In this document: positions 18,361 through 28,820 of the stretch, in pieces
How positions within the stretch are numbered: position 1 is the stretch's first letter
How the letters are laid out: each line of letters begins with the position of its first letter
From: Candidatus Cloacimonadota bacterium
Lineage (GTDB): Bacteria > Cloacimonadota > Cloacimonadia > Cloacimonadales > TCS61
Direction of reading: 5' to 3'
Assembly: GCA_021734245.1 (NCBI GenBank)
Contig: JAIPJH010000006.1
Coordinates: 5,194-69,193 of the forward strand
DNA length: 64,000 nt
Made by a program: the position numbers and the translations under genes
Notes under the pieces: generated by a model
Told to the model about the DNA's origin: nothing
Database searches by the model: none
What the model saw: only the letters and a program-made list of their open reading frames with translations

Positions 18361-19194
18361 TTATTTACCCTTACAAAGGGGAGCTTTTCGCAACGAAAAA
18401 TCAAAAGCTTTCACCGAATGGGTTAGTTCGCCTACCGAAATAAAATCGACACCAGTATCTGACACTTCCGGAATTCTTTCCAAAGTCATATTTCCGCTGG
18501 CTTCTGTTTCACATTTTCCAGAAATAATTTCAACTGCTTTTTTCATCATTTCACAGTTCATATTATCCAGCATAATGCGATCTACTTTGCATTCCAGTGC
18601 TTCTTTTACTTCCTGCAAATTTCTTGTTTCCACTTCTATCCCAAATCTATTTTGCCATTTATCTCTGATCTTTTGTACCGCTTTGGAGATTCCACCGGCA
18701 GCATCGATGTGATTGTCTTTGATCATCACCATATCGAAAAGTCCCATACGATGATTTTGGCCACCGCCACATCTCACTGCATATTTCTGTAGTTTGCGTA
18801 ATCCCGGAAGTGTTTTGCGAGTATCCAAAATTATTGATTTTCCCTTCGATGCTTCTACAAATTGGGAAGTTTTACTGGCAATTCCACTGAGATGAGCCAG
18901 AATATTTAGAGCAGTTCTTTCCGCTTTCAAAATTGAAGATACTTTCCCTGACAAAATAGCAATTTCATCGTTTTCTTCAATCTTATCTCCATCTTTGAAA
19001 TTCAACTTAATTTCGATTGAATTATCTACACTTTCAATCACAGATTTGAATTCCAAAATTCCACATAAAATTCCAGATTGCTTGGCGATTAAAACAAATT
19101 GATTTTGTTCGTTCTTAAAGATAGCTTCACCTGTTACATCTCCCAAATCTGCGAAATCTTCCTTAAGTGTTGATGTTAATAATTCTCTATTCAT
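18361..19194 (-). CDS. nadC: Nicotinate-nucleotide diphosphorylase (carboxylating)
   Basis: TRKTLPGLRKLQKYAVRCGGGQNHR...IMLDNM motifs, 277 aa. Confidence 0.9.
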   Translation of the reverse strand: MNRELLTSTLKEDFADLGDVTGEAIFKNEQNQFVLIAKQSGILCGILEFKSVIESVDNSIEIKLNFKDGDKIEENDEIAILSGKVSSILKAERTALNILAHLSGIASKTSQFVEASKGKSIILDTRKTLPGLRKLQKYAVRCGGGQNHRMGLFDMVMIKDNHIDAAGGISKAVQKIRDKWQNRFGIEVETRNLQEVKEALECKVDRIMLDNMNCEMMKKAVEIISGKCETEASGNMTLERIPEVSDTGVDFISVGELTHSVKAFDFSLRKAPLCKGK

Positions 19195-19333
19195 TTAATT
19201 TCTCACAATTTCTAACTAATTTAAGATTAAAATTTTAGATGCTGATTTGTTGTCAAAAGGTTTTGCAGAAAGTTTTGATGTTATCAATTCCAGAAACTTA
19301 ATTCTTTTTTTTGAAAATTATTTCAGATTCCAA

Positions 19334-20506
19334 CTATTTTCGGAAATAATTCCCAATAAACAGCTGCCATCCTGTAGCAGAAAAATCAAGTTTTTGATAT
19401 TCAGTCAGCAGATCATCGTAGGTGTCCTGAGTTGTTGGAAACCAGATCGACGCTCTTCCAGCCGGATAATTCTGGGTGCCATTCGGATTGTGCAGATCAA
19501 TATAATAATCATATATGAAAATTTCATCCAGTAAATCCAGAATATCGGTGCAGGAATTTATCAGATCATCATTCTGGGCAGTGCTTTTCACAATTGAAAA
19601 ATAATCATAAATATCAACATCTGCCTGCAGATCGTTAAATACCACTGCACACTCATCCCGACTTTGAGCAAAAACATCAAAAGAAGCTGCCAGCCAATCT
19701 TCCACAAAATCATAAAGTGCAATTACCAGATCATCAAAATTTGCAGTTTTAACCACTCCCAAGGCTATCTCATAAGGAATAGAATTCGGATTTTGACTTC
19801 CCTGCGGCATATAGGAGTTCACAAAATTTACTGCCATTTGCTGAACCAATGCATCAACAGATTCGTAATCTTCCCACATTGTTAAAAATTCATCGTAAGG
19901 AGAACCGTCCGGACAAATAGCAGCTTCGGAACCCATTATATAATCCGTGTATGGAAAGATCTCGGTGATCACTTCCATCGTGAGCATATTGCAGGCATCC
20001 AACACCAAAATATCAAGATGGAAATTTATGTTCTGCATTGCCATTTTGAATTCTTCATCAGGAACACTTATGGCTGAATTACTATCGTTATCAGGACAGA
20101 ACTTATTGTAAGCATTATACCAGCCGTTTCCATGACCCCAGATGAAAAGTGCTTTCTTCTCGGCAGGATATTTATCAAAAGCCCAATTAGCAAATTTGGT
20201 AAGATTGTTGTAATAACCGCTATCGATCTCGCCCAGATTTGAAATCAAGGTTTTTGTTCCCGGCAGGATTTTGTATCGCTTTGCAGTAGGGTCGTCACTC
20301 AGTTCAGATTCATCAATTTGAACAATAACATTTACATCATCAGAAAACTGACCGAGCATCATTTCCTCTATATCGGCAAGCGCATCTGCATTCAAACCAT
20401 TATCGGCAGCCATGTAAACCAATATCGTCCAGTCTGCTTCTTTTTCTTTTTCGGAGCAGGAAATTAACAATACAACCAGAATTAGAAGTGTGATCCATCT
20501 TAGCAT
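19334..20506 (-). CDS. Clostripain-like cysteine peptidase (family C11) lipoprotein
   Basis: The ATG at 20506 follows GGAGGA. Lipobox LLISCSE. His/Cys dyad context ILVYMAADN...FIWGHGNGW...LVLDACNM. Confidence 0.7.
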   Translation of the reverse strand: MLRWITLLILVVLLISCSEKEKEADWTILVYMAADNGLNADALADIEEMMLGQFSDDVNVIVQIDESELSDDPTAKRYKILPGTKTLISNLGEIDSGYYNNLTKFANWAFDKYPAEKKALFIWGHGNGWYNAYNKFCPDNDSNSAISVPDEEFKMAMQNINFHLDILVLDACNMLTMEVITEIFPYTDYIMGSEAAICPDGSPYDEFLTMWEDYESVDALVQQMAVNFVNSYMPQGSQNPNSIPYEIALGVVKTANFDDLVIALYDFVEDWLAASFDVFAQSRDECAVVFNDLQADVDIYDYFSIVKSTAQNDDLINSCTDILDLLDEIFIYDYYIDLHNPNGTQNYPAGRASIWFPTTQDTYDDLLTEYQKLDFSATGWQLFIGNYFRK

Positions 20507-20554
20507 TTTTTCCTCCAGGAAAAATGGAGCAGCTTTCACTGCTTAAAAAATTAT

Positions 20555-21631
20555 TTATTTATATTCTTTTGCTTCTTCCAAACCTTTCAAAACTCGAACA
20601 GCTCCCTGGCTGAGAGCTTCCATCTCTTTCTCACCGGGAATTACTTTAATATCTGATAAAAATTCTATTCGCTTTATCAAGTTTTCTCGCAGATAATCGT
20701 TATAAGCCAATCCTCCTGTCAGGAAAATAACATCGAGATCACCTTTTAGAACGGTAGCACATGCTCCGATCTCTTTAGCGATCTGATAGATCATAGCATC
20801 GAAAACAAGCTTGGCTTTTTTATCACCAGATTCGATTCTCTTTTGAACTTCTTCCCCATCATCAGTTCCCAGATAAGAGATCAATCCGCCGGTTTTTGTA
20901 AACATTGCTTTCATTTCATTGTGAGTATATTTTCCGCTGAATGCCATTTCCAGCAGATCGCCGATAGGAAGAGCACCAGCACGTTGAGGTGAAAATGGTC
21001 CCATTCCCAGAACTGCATTATTTACATCCACCATCTTTCCTTTTTTAATGGCAGCCACGCTGATGCCGCCGCCCATGTGAACTCCGATCTGGTTTATTTC
21101 ATCTACATTTTTTCCTTTTTCTTCTGCCACCATAATAGCACAATAACGCAGATTTAGTGCATGCAAAAGAGATTGTCTTTCAATTTTTGGACAACCGGAA
21201 ATTCGGGCGATCGGTTCAAATTCATCCACTGTAACAGGATCGACGATAAAAGCCGGGATCCCCAATTCTGAAGCAATGGAATTTGCAATAAAAGCTCCCA
21301 GATTTGAAGCGTGTATTCTACCCCAAAGTTCAGGATTTTGCAGGTCTTCCAGCATTTTTTCATTCACTGAATAAGTTCCGCCCTTCACTGGTTTTATCAG
21401 TCCACCTCTTCCCACTACTGCTTTAAGGCTTTCAGGTAAAACATCATGTTCCTCAAGAGCTTTCAATACAAACTTTTTTCTAAAATCATACTGCTCGATA
21501 ATTCCATCAAATTTGCTGATCTCATCGACATCATGGCGCAAAGTTACTGTAAACACAGATTTTTCATCATCGAAGACGGCTATCTTAGTAGAAGTTGACC
21601 CAGGATTTATAGCTAATACTCTATAATCCAT
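20555..21631 (-). CDS. buk: Butyrate kinase
   Basis: MDYRVLAINPGSTSTKIAVF and the acetate/butyrate kinase fold motifs (HASNLG, VHMGGGISV, TGGLAYN), 358 aa. Confidence 0.88.
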   Translation of the reverse strand: MDYRVLAINPGSTSTKIAVFDDEKSVFTVTLRHDVDEISKFDGIIEQYDFRKKFVLKALEEHDVLPESLKAVVGRGGLIKPVKGGTYSVNEKMLEDLQNPELWGRIHASNLGAFIANSIASELGIPAFIVDPVTVDEFEPIARISGCPKIERQSLLHALNLRYCAIMVAEEKGKNVDEINQIGVHMGGGISVAAIKKGKMVDVNNAVLGMGPFSPQRAGALPIGDLLEMAFSGKYTHNEMKAMFTKTGGLISYLGTDDGEEVQKRIESGDKKAKLVFDAMIYQIAKEIGACATVLKGDLDVIFLTGGLAYNDYLRENLIKRIEFLSDIKVIPGEKEMEALSQGAVRVLKGLEEAKEYK

Positions 21632-21772
21632 TAATTTCCTCCAAATATTCTCTTTTTGTTCAATTTGTTACTTTCAGTTTTTAAAGTCAATCGGTTTTTG
21701 GTGAATAATAAATATAAGAAACTACTTGAAATATAGGTTATTTCATTTAAATTGTGGATAAGGAGAAAGTAA

Positions 21773-22615
21773 ATGAAATACATTGGAGCACATGTAAGCA
21801 TAGCAGGTGGAGTGGAAAATGCACCCGGCAATGCAAATGAGATTGAAGCAAAAGCGTTTGGAATGTTCACCAAAAATCAGCGGCAGTGGAAGGCAAAACC
21901 ATTTACAAACAAGAATATCGAGAATTTCAAAATAGATTTGAAAGCAAATGGATTTAAACCAGAACACGTTCTACCGCATGACACTTATCTAATAAATCTG
22001 GGACATCCGGAACGGGAAAAATTGGAGAAATCTAGAAAAGCGTTTTTAGATGAACTGCAGCGTTGTGAACAACTGGACTTGAAGCTTTTAAATTTTCACC
22101 CGGGAAGTTCATTAGGCAAAATATCGGAAGAAGAATGTTTGAAAACCGTTGCAGATTCAATCAACTGGGCTATCGACAGAACTGATGATGTGATAGCTGT
22201 AATCGAGAATACTGCTGGCATGGGAAATCATGTGGGACATAGCTTTGAGCAGATTGCTTTTATTGTAGAACACGTTGAAAATAAAGACCGGGTGGGAATT
22301 TGTTATGATACTTGTCATGGTTTTACTGCCGGTTATGATATCCGTACTAAAACAGCTTTTGAAAAGACTTTCGCTGACTTTGATAAGATGATCGGGATGA
22401 ACTATTTAAAAGGAATGCACCTGAACGACAGCAAAAAGGAATTTGCTTCCAATAAAGACCGACATGAAAGTATCGGCAAAGGTTTTATCGGTCTTGATGC
22501 TTTCAAATTCATCATGAATGACAAGCGATTTGATAATATTCCACTGATCCTGGAAACACCCAATTCGGAGATTTGGAAAGATGAAATTAAAATGCTTTAT
22601 GACATGATTGAGTGA
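21773..22615 (+). CDS. nfo: Endonuclease IV
   Basis: [13 protein letters not shown]...NFHPGS...ENTAGMGN...CYDTCH...HLNDS...HESIGKG motifs, 280 aa. Confidence 0.9.
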   Translation: MKYIGAHVSIAGGVENAPGNANEIEAKAFGMFTKNQRQWKAKPFTNKNIENFKIDLKANGFKPEHVLPHDTYLINLGHPEREKLEKSRKAFLDELQRCEQLDLKLLNFHPGSSLGKISEEECLKTVADSINWAIDRTDDVIAVIENTAGMGNHVGHSFEQIAFIVEHVENKDRVGICYDTCHGFTAGYDIRTKTAFEKTFADFDKMIGMNYLKGMHLNDSKKEFASNKDRHESIGKGFIGLDAFKFIMNDKRFDNIPLILETPNSEIWKDEIKMLYDMIE

Positions 22616-22650
22616 TTGGATGATTGGATGATTGGATGATTTGGTGATTT
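22605..22650. repeat. 8-bp microsatellite (tgattgga, about 6 units) overlapping the nfo stop codon
   Basis: tgattgag tgattgga tgattgga tgattgga tgatttgg tgattt. The nfo TGA at 22613-22615 is part of unit 2. Confidence 0.85.
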
Positions 22651-23001
22651 AAAAAAAATGCGTTCCTAAACCAGAGTATAGTAACGAGAATAAAACTGAA
22701 CAAAACAAAAATCCTTAAGTACTCAAATAAAGAAAATTTGGAAAACCCCGATGCAGAGCAGCGAGGAATTCTTTCGATTTAAACAGGCTAAAGTGTTTAA
22801 TTCATACATTTACTTGACGTACGTAAACTAATAAATATTTCAGTTTTTGCAAAGCAATTGCGGCCAAAGTATGCATACAGCAATTGCTGACAGATTTGTG
22901 GATTGAAGTGTGAAGATAAGTGGGCAATCATTTCCCGCAGTGATGAGCCCTCATCGGATAATTCCTTTTGCGAGTCTGTAAAATATCTCTAGGAGGGCAC
23001 A

Positions 23002-24207
23002 ATGTGGGAATCAGGATCAACTGGTTTTATGTTGTTAGCTACCAGCCTTGTGATGCTTATGACACCCGGGCTGGCATTTTTTTATGGAGGACTTGCCTCC
23101 AAACGTAATATTTTAGGAATCATGATCCAGAGTTTTGTATCTCTGGGCATTACAACAATTTTATGGTACGCTGTGGGATATTCACTGTGTTTCAGTGGTA
23201 GCGGTGCCATTTTTGGAAATTTCGATAAAGCATTTTTATCGGGAGTAGATCTGCACTCGGTATTCAACGGAGATGGAAAGATCCCGGAATATCTGTTTGT
23301 AGCATATCAGATGATGTTTGCAATTATAACTCCTGCGCTTATCACAGGTGCTTTCACAGGTAGAGTTTCCTTTAAAGCTTACTTAATTTTCTTAGTTGCC
23401 TGGCAGGTATTTGTTTACTACCCATTTGTACACATGATCTGGGGTGGTGGAATGCTGGCAAAATGGGGAGTATTGGACTTTGCAGGTGGAATCGTTGTTC
23501 ACACCATTGCCGGTTTTGCAGCATTAGCTTCAGTAATTTTTATTGGAGCAAGAAAAGATCGAAATACTAAACCAAACAGTATCCCATTAGTTGCGATTGG
23601 TACCGGGTTACTTTGGTTCGGCTGGTATGGTTTTAATGCCGGTAGTGAATTGCAGGTAGATGAAGTAACAGTACAGGCATTTCTCAATACAGATATTGCA
23701 GCTTCTTTTGCTACGATAACCTGGCTAATCGTGGAATGGCGCAAGGAAGGAAAACCTAAATTTGTCGGTTTGATGACAGGTGCTGTTGCCGGTTTGGCAA
23801 CAATAACACCTGCTGCTGGATTCGTTCCAGTCTGGGCTGCTGCAATTATTGGTGTTGTCTCTGGTTTAGGCTGTTACTGGGCTGTTCATATGAAGAACAA
23901 ACTACAATGGGATGATGCTTTGGACGTTTGGGGTGTGCATGGAATCGGTGGTTTAATCGGAACGATTATGCTCGGTGTTTTTGCCAGCACAGCGATCAAT
24001 GCCAATGGAGCTGACGGCCTGGTTTTTGGAAATTCAGGATTTTTCTTTAAGCAGTTGATTGCAACAATAGCATCTGCTATATACGCTTATGTATTTACCT
24101 ACATTATGCTGTGGGTCATCAACAAGATTACCGTGGTACGTGTAAGTGAAGAACATGAAACAGCAGGTTTGGATAAATCTCAGCACGAAGAAGACGCTTA
24201 TACATAA
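23002..24207 (+). CDS. amt: Ammonium transporter
   Basis: AGGAGG ribosome-binding site. LMTPGLAFFYGG, DFAGGIVVH, GWYGFNAG and WGVHGIGG motifs, about 11 TM segments. Confidence 0.9.
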   Translation: MWESGSTGFMLLATSLVMLMTPGLAFFYGGLASKRNILGIMIQSFVSLGITTILWYAVGYSLCFSGSGAIFGNFDKAFLSGVDLHSVFNGDGKIPEYLFVAYQMMFAIITPALITGAFTGRVSFKAYLIFLVAWQVFVYYPFVHMIWGGGMLAKWGVLDFAGGIVVHTIAGFAALASVIFIGARKDRNTKPNSIPLVAIGTGLLWFGWYGFNAGSELQVDEVTVQAFLNTDIAASFATITWLIVEWRKEGKPKFVGLMTGAVAGLATITPAAGFVPVWAAAIIGVVSGLGCYWAVHMKNKLQWDDALDVWGVHGIGGLIGTIMLGVFASTAINANGADGLVFGNSGFFFKQLIATIASAIYAYVFTYIMLWVINKITVVRVSEEHETAGLDKSQHEEDAYT

Positions 24208-24230
24208 AATTAATTAATGCGGGAAAATTA

Positions 24231-24260
24231 AGAGCAGATCGCTTGGTCTGCTCTCTTTTA
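24231..24260 (+). terminator. Intrinsic terminator after amt
   Basis: An 8-bp stem, agagcaga tcgcttgg tctgctct, followed by cttttatt. Confidence 0.6.
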
Positions 24261-24621
24261 TTATAAATTTTGATTGCCTTTCCTTTTCTGAAACAGAAGT
24301 TTCGATAAAAAAAACTGCGTTCCCAAACTGGAGTTTAAGAACGATAAATAGCTGGAGTGTATTATCGACCTGCCAGGTCGATAAATAAAGAAAATTCTTA
24401 AATTTGACTATCACCGTGGCAGAGCCAAGGTGTATTTCGCTAAATTTATTTCAGCAAGCTGAAAATCGAATTTTCATTATTTACACCTCTGCCTTTGGCA
24501 TCTCCCCTCAAACAGGGGAGAATATTTGGAAAACCCCGATGCAGAGCAGCGAGGAATTCTTTCGATTCAAGTTTTTTAGCATCAGGAAAATTATTTATTC
24601 ATCCTGTGATACTGTCTGAAA

Positions 24622-25647
24622 CTACTCAAAAATAGCATCTACGAAATCATTTACATTAAAATCACGCAGATCTTCCACAGCTTCTCCCACTCCGATCAGC
24701 TTAACAGGAATATCCATCTGATGTTTAATTCCAATTACAATTCCGCCTTTGGCTGTTCCATCCAGTTTTGTTAATACAATTCCAGATAGGTTTGTTGCTT
24801 TATCAAAATTGTCTGCCTGCATCAGTGCGTTTTGCCCGGTTGTGGAATCGACAACTAAAAGAGTTTCATGAGGTCCATCAGGAACTATTTTCTTTATTGT
24901 ACGAACGATCTTGGAAAGTTCGTTCATCAGGTTCACCTTGGTATGCTGACGGCCGGCTGTATCGATAAGAACAACATCGATCTTTTTATTTACTGCACTC
25001 ATCACGCCATCATAAACCACCGAAGAAGGATCAGCTCCCTGCTGCTGTTTTACAATCGAAGCATTTGATCTCTGCGACCAGATAGTAAGCTGCTCCACTG
25101 CTGCTGCCCGAAAAGTATCTCCGGCGATCAGCAAAACAGACTTTCCCATTTCATTAAATCTTTTTGCCAGTTTCCCGATCGTGGTAGTTTTTCCAACTCC
25201 GTTCACACCAACAAACAGCATGATAAATGGTTTTTTATCACCAAGTTTAAAATGATCTTCACTGCTATAATCCTGCAACAGCAGATTTCTAATAATCTCT
25301 TCCAGGTGTTCTCGAATTTGGGCAGGTTCTTTAATCTGATTCAGCTTGATTTCTGCTCGTAATTTATCAATAATATCTCCGCTGGCTTGTACTCCAACAT
25401 CTGCCTGCAGCAGCATTTCTTCCAAGTTATCCATCAAATCTTCATCGATCTTTCCACTTAGTTTTACGATTTCAGCAAGTTTCCCCAGCAATCCCTGTTT
25501 GGTTTTGGAAAGTTTCAGCTGCAGATAATCAGAATCGGTCGGTTCGCCTGGAATTCTCTTTTCCTTATTTTTTATTGCAATATATATTAAAATAGCAATT
25601 AAAATCGCTGCTGCAATTCCTAAATAGATATATAAATTTTGCTCCAT
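24622..25647 (-). CDS. ftsY: Signal recognition particle receptor
   Basis: N-terminal TM segment, NG domain motifs GVNGVGKTTTIGKLA, DTAGR and TKLDGTAKGG. Confidence 0.9.
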   Translation of the reverse strand: MEQNLYIYLGIAAAILIAILIYIAIKNKEKRIPGEPTDSDYLQLKLSKTKQGLLGKLAEIVKLSGKIDEDLMDNLEEMLLQADVGVQASGDIIDKLRAEIKLNQIKEPAQIREHLEEIIRNLLLQDYSSEDHFKLGDKKPFIMLFVGVNGVGKTTTIGKLAKRFNEMGKSVLLIAGDTFRAAAVEQLTIWSQRSNASIVKQQQGADPSSVVYDGVMSAVNKKIDVVLIDTAGRQHTKVNLMNELSKIVRTIKKIVPDGPHETLLVVDSTTGQNALMQADNFDKATNLSGIVLTKLDGTAKGGIVIGIKHQMDIPVKLIGVGEAVEDLRDFNVNDFVDAIFE

Positions 25648-25661
25648 CAATTCCTCATTAT

Positions 25662-25690
25662 AAAAAAAAGGCAGACATCTCTGCCTGCCT
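25662..25690 (-). terminator. Intrinsic terminator after rpsT
   Basis: On the minus strand, ggcag agatgt ctgcc followed by tttttttt. Confidence 0.6.
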
Positions 25691-25711
25691 AAATTTATCT
25701 AATAATAAATA

Positions 25712-25987
25712 TTATTTCTTTTCTTTGGCTGCTGCTTTTTCTTTGTTGAAATAAGCTGCTATACGAGCTTTTCGGCGCGAAGCTGTTCTTTTGTGAATAA
25801 CACCTTTTTTCGCTGCTTTATCTAACTGAGCATACACTTCTGATAATAGTTTTTCTTTTTCGTCTAATGAAATATCGCTGTGCATTCTTCTAGATAAACT
25901 TTTGATGGTCATTTTTACATAATGATTTCGTGCTGAGCGCTTTTGCTCTTGCCTTAATCTTTTTTCGCAAGATTTATGATTAGGCAT
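25712..25987 (-). CDS. rpsT: 30S ribosomal protein S20
   Basis: MPNHKSCEKRLRQEQKRSARN. The ATG at 25987 lies 4 nt after GGAGGA. Confidence 0.88.
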   Translation of the reverse strand: MPNHKSCEKRLRQEQKRSARNHYVKMTIKSLSRRMHSDISLDEKEKLLSEVYAQLDKAAKKGVIHKRTASRRKARIAAYFNKEKAAAKEKK

Positions 25988-26085
25988 CAATTCCTCCGTA
26001 TCTATAATTTTTTGAGACAAAGAAAGTTAAGGGCATTTTATGTCAAACTCTTTTTATTTTTTTTAGAAAAATATTATTTAACTTC

Positions 26086-27204
26086 TTACTGCATTTGATC
26101 ATACTGATATTTGAAATCCTTTATACCCTGATATAATGCGTCCACTAGTTTGTTCTGATAAGATGAATCTTTTAGTTTTCTCTCTTCCTTTTTATTGGTA
26201 AGAAAACCCAACTCTAAAAGCACTGCCGGCATGAAAGCTCCCCGCAATACATAAAAATTCGCTTGTTTTACACCGCGATTTCTGGCTCCAGTAGCTGAAA
26301 TCAGGTTGTTCTGCAGCTTCAACCCGAGTTGAAAACTCTCTTCCAAATGTTCACTTTGCGCCATATCTGCCAGTATAAAAGCCAGATCATCATATTTCTT
26401 TACTGCTTCTTCCCCGCCTTCATAATCATACACAACCTGGTTTTCCATTGCTTCCACAGCTCTGGCTTCATCCGTCTTGGCGGTAGAAAGATAAAACACC
26501 TCGATGCCACTTACTTCTGAGCTGCGATGCGCATTGCAATGAACCGAAATAAACAGATTTGCTGCTTGACTATTAGCAAATTGAGTTCTCTGTTGAAGAG
26601 AAACAAATTCATCTTTACTGCGAGTTAAAATAACATCAACATTCAGATTATCTCGCAACTTTTTCTGCAATTTTCTGGAAATTTCCAAAACGAGTGTTTT
26701 CTCATAATTCTTCTTGGAATTTCCGATCGCTCCCGGATCTTTTCCACCATGCCCCGGATCGATCACAATAGTTTTTAAGCGATTATCAGATGGATTAGCG
26801 GCAACTAATTTATCTCCAGTTTTCGATATATAATCATTTAAAATTTCAGGTAAAAGTTCCAACAAAAATCTTTGAGGAAGATAGTATTTTCCATCTTGCT
26901 GAATAAGTGGATATTTAAAATTATAGATCTCACCTTTGTATTGCAGATAAGCTGAATCTAATAGAATTATAAGTTGCTCATTATATAAATTCATGTGCAA
27001 TCTGCTATCTAAAATATCTTCCTGAACTGTAGCTTTGAAAGTTTTATTCATTTCAAAAACATTGAAATATGGAACTCCATCAATATCTATTATCATAATG
27101 ATCTCAGGAGATAAACCTGATCGATATTCCACGTCTACATCAGCAGCTAAATATATAGAAAAAATTATTGTCAAAATCAAAAAAACAAATTTATGAAAAC
27201 TCAA
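26086..27204 (-). CDS. N-acetylmuramoyl-L-alanine amidase (Amidase_3 family)
   Basis: Signal peptide. IVIDPGHGGKDPGA...FISVHCNA...EVFYLS...ELGFLTN motifs. Confidence 0.85.
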   Translation of the reverse strand: MSFHKFVFLILTIIFSIYLAADVDVEYRSGLSPEIIMIIDIDGVPYFNVFEMNKTFKATVQEDILDSRLHMNLYNEQLIILLDSAYLQYKGEIYNFKYPLIQQDGKYYLPQRFLLELLPEILNDYISKTGDKLVAANPSDNRLKTIVIDPGHGGKDPGAIGNSKKNYEKTLVLEISRKLQKKLRDNLNVDVILTRSKDEFVSLQQRTQFANSQAANLFISVHCNAHRSSEVSGIEVFYLSTAKTDEARAVEAMENQVVYDYEGGEEAVKKYDDLAFILADMAQSEHLEESFQLGLKLQNNLISATGARNRGVKQANFYVLRGAFMPAVLLELGFLTNKKEERKLKDSSYQNKLVDALYQGIKDFKYQYDQMQ

Positions 27205-27242
27205 AATTTACAACTCCTAAAAAATTTAAAATTAATCATGAT

Positions 27243-28532
27243 CTAATTATAAGGAAATAGTTTGCGAAAGTAGCCCCAAACAGCCTTGGAAGACATCTTC
27301 CACTCTTTCTCATGCATATGATAATATAATCTGAAATTAAGACAGGATGCCAGAAGAAAAAGAAAAAAAGCTAATCCAAAAACAGCTCTAACTCCAACCA
27401 CTTCCATAATCATCAAACCAAGAAATGGAGCAAAAATTCCCCGCAATCCAGTCAATGTTACATGAACGCTCTGATACATTGAGACATCTTCGTCCTGAGC
27501 AAAAAAGATTGAACTGATATTCCAGGAAATCACGATTCCCGACATGGCAATGCTGAAAAAAAAGAATGCCGTATAAACTATCAAATTAACAAATGAAGTG
27601 CCAATAAAGAAACTGGAAATTAATAGAAATAGCGGATATAAACTGAGAATAAGATATGTGAATGAAGTGAAGAGTGCTGGATTTCTTTTATCAAAAAACC
27701 GACCTGCCAATGGCGCTAAAAACAATATACCAATCTGTGATAAAATTCCTTTGGCCAGGAAAGTTTGGCTGTAATTCATTCTAAGATAATCTACTAAATA
27801 TTTCGGGATGGCGGGAAGCAAAATCATAAATGCAATTCCATAAATGAAATAATTTCGCTGAAAAATTGCAAAATCATGATTTTTTTTCAGAACCTCCAAA
27901 CTTCGTTGAATCGGTTTTACTATTACTTCTTTGATCGAGATAAAAGCTTTATCTTTATTGTGATTTTTTTTGATCTTGATGCGACTCATAAATATAGAAT
28001 GAAGGAAGCCAAACACACCGACAACTGAGAAGAAATAACGGAAATACGTTTCATTCACATCCAGCATCTTTCCGGCAAAATAACTACTGAAAACCGCAAC
28101 TAAAGTTACGATACTGGCACTGTAGCCAAACATGTTTCCGCGATTTTGTTTTGTTACATTATTCTGCAAAATGGAATTCTGAGCAGGACTTATAAAAGCA
28201 TTGAAAGAAAATACCAGGATCAAAATTGCCAGATATTGATAATAATTTGTAACCCACAGCATCAATATCAATACAAGTCTTCCCACCAGTCCTGTGAGTA
28301 TGAAATATTTGGCAATACTGCTGGAATGCTCCAGGATTTTTCCCCACCAAATTGAAAAGAGATTGGAAAGCGGCCATAACATAACCAGGACCGTAATCTG
28401 CCAATCCAGAGCTCCCAGGGCTTTTTTGGCAATGATGTCCTGCACTTGAAAGGAACTCATCACAAAACCATGACAGAAGCTTGCCAGCATCAGGTAGATA
28501 AAAGTTCTCTTTTCCAAACTATTCAATTTCAT
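27243..28532 (-). CDS. MFS-type transporter
   Basis: 429 aa with about 12 predicted TM helices and a central basic loop (SRIKIKKNHNKDK). Confidence 0.6.
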   Translation of the reverse strand: MKLNSLEKRTFIYLMLASFCHGFVMSSFQVQDIIAKKALGALDWQITVLVMLWPLSNLFSIWWGKILEHSSSIAKYFILTGLVGRLVLILMLWVTNYYQYLAILILVFSFNAFISPAQNSILQNNVTKQNRGNMFGYSASIVTLVAVFSSYFAGKMLDVNETYFRYFFSVVGVFGFLHSIFMSRIKIKKNHNKDKAFISIKEVIVKPIQRSLEVLKKNHDFAIFQRNYFIYGIAFMILLPAIPKYLVDYLRMNYSQTFLAKGILSQIGILFLAPLAGRFFDKRNPALFTSFTYLILSLYPLFLLISSFFIGTSFVNLIVYTAFFFFSIAMSGIVISWNISSIFFAQDEDVSMYQSVHVTLTGLRGIFAPFLGLMIMEVVGVRAVFGLAFFLFLLASCLNFRLYYHMHEKEWKMSSKAVWGYFRKLFPYN

Positions 28533-28820
28533 TTTCTTCTCATTATCACAGGATCTATCCTGCTTTTATATTTGGAAAGCAAAATCAACGAGCTTAAGAA
28601 TTTTGTCTATCAAATAAATAGCTTCTCAACCGATTTTTTGGTTTTGAAAACTTTATGATTGCAGGCAATTTGCTTTTGTAAAAACTAAAACAACAAAATA
28701 AAATCAATAAATTATATTAATCTTTGTAAATAGAAAAAAATCTTGCTTTTATAATAACCTTGAAAATTGTTGTTTGCGAAAAAGTAGAAAAAAAATTAGA
28801 AAAATAAAAAGGGAGAAGAA

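Noticed and set aside
22780-23001. A possible riboswitch or nitrogen-responsive leader RNA upstream of amt.
   Set aside because: I could not recognise any known motif (such as glutamine riboswitch consensus elements) or a convincing conserved fold from the sequence alone.
24404-24619. A 71-aa ORF downstream of amt.
   Set aside because: It is composed entirely of dispersed repeat modules (reverse module B and the 44-bp repeat) and has no ribosome-binding site.
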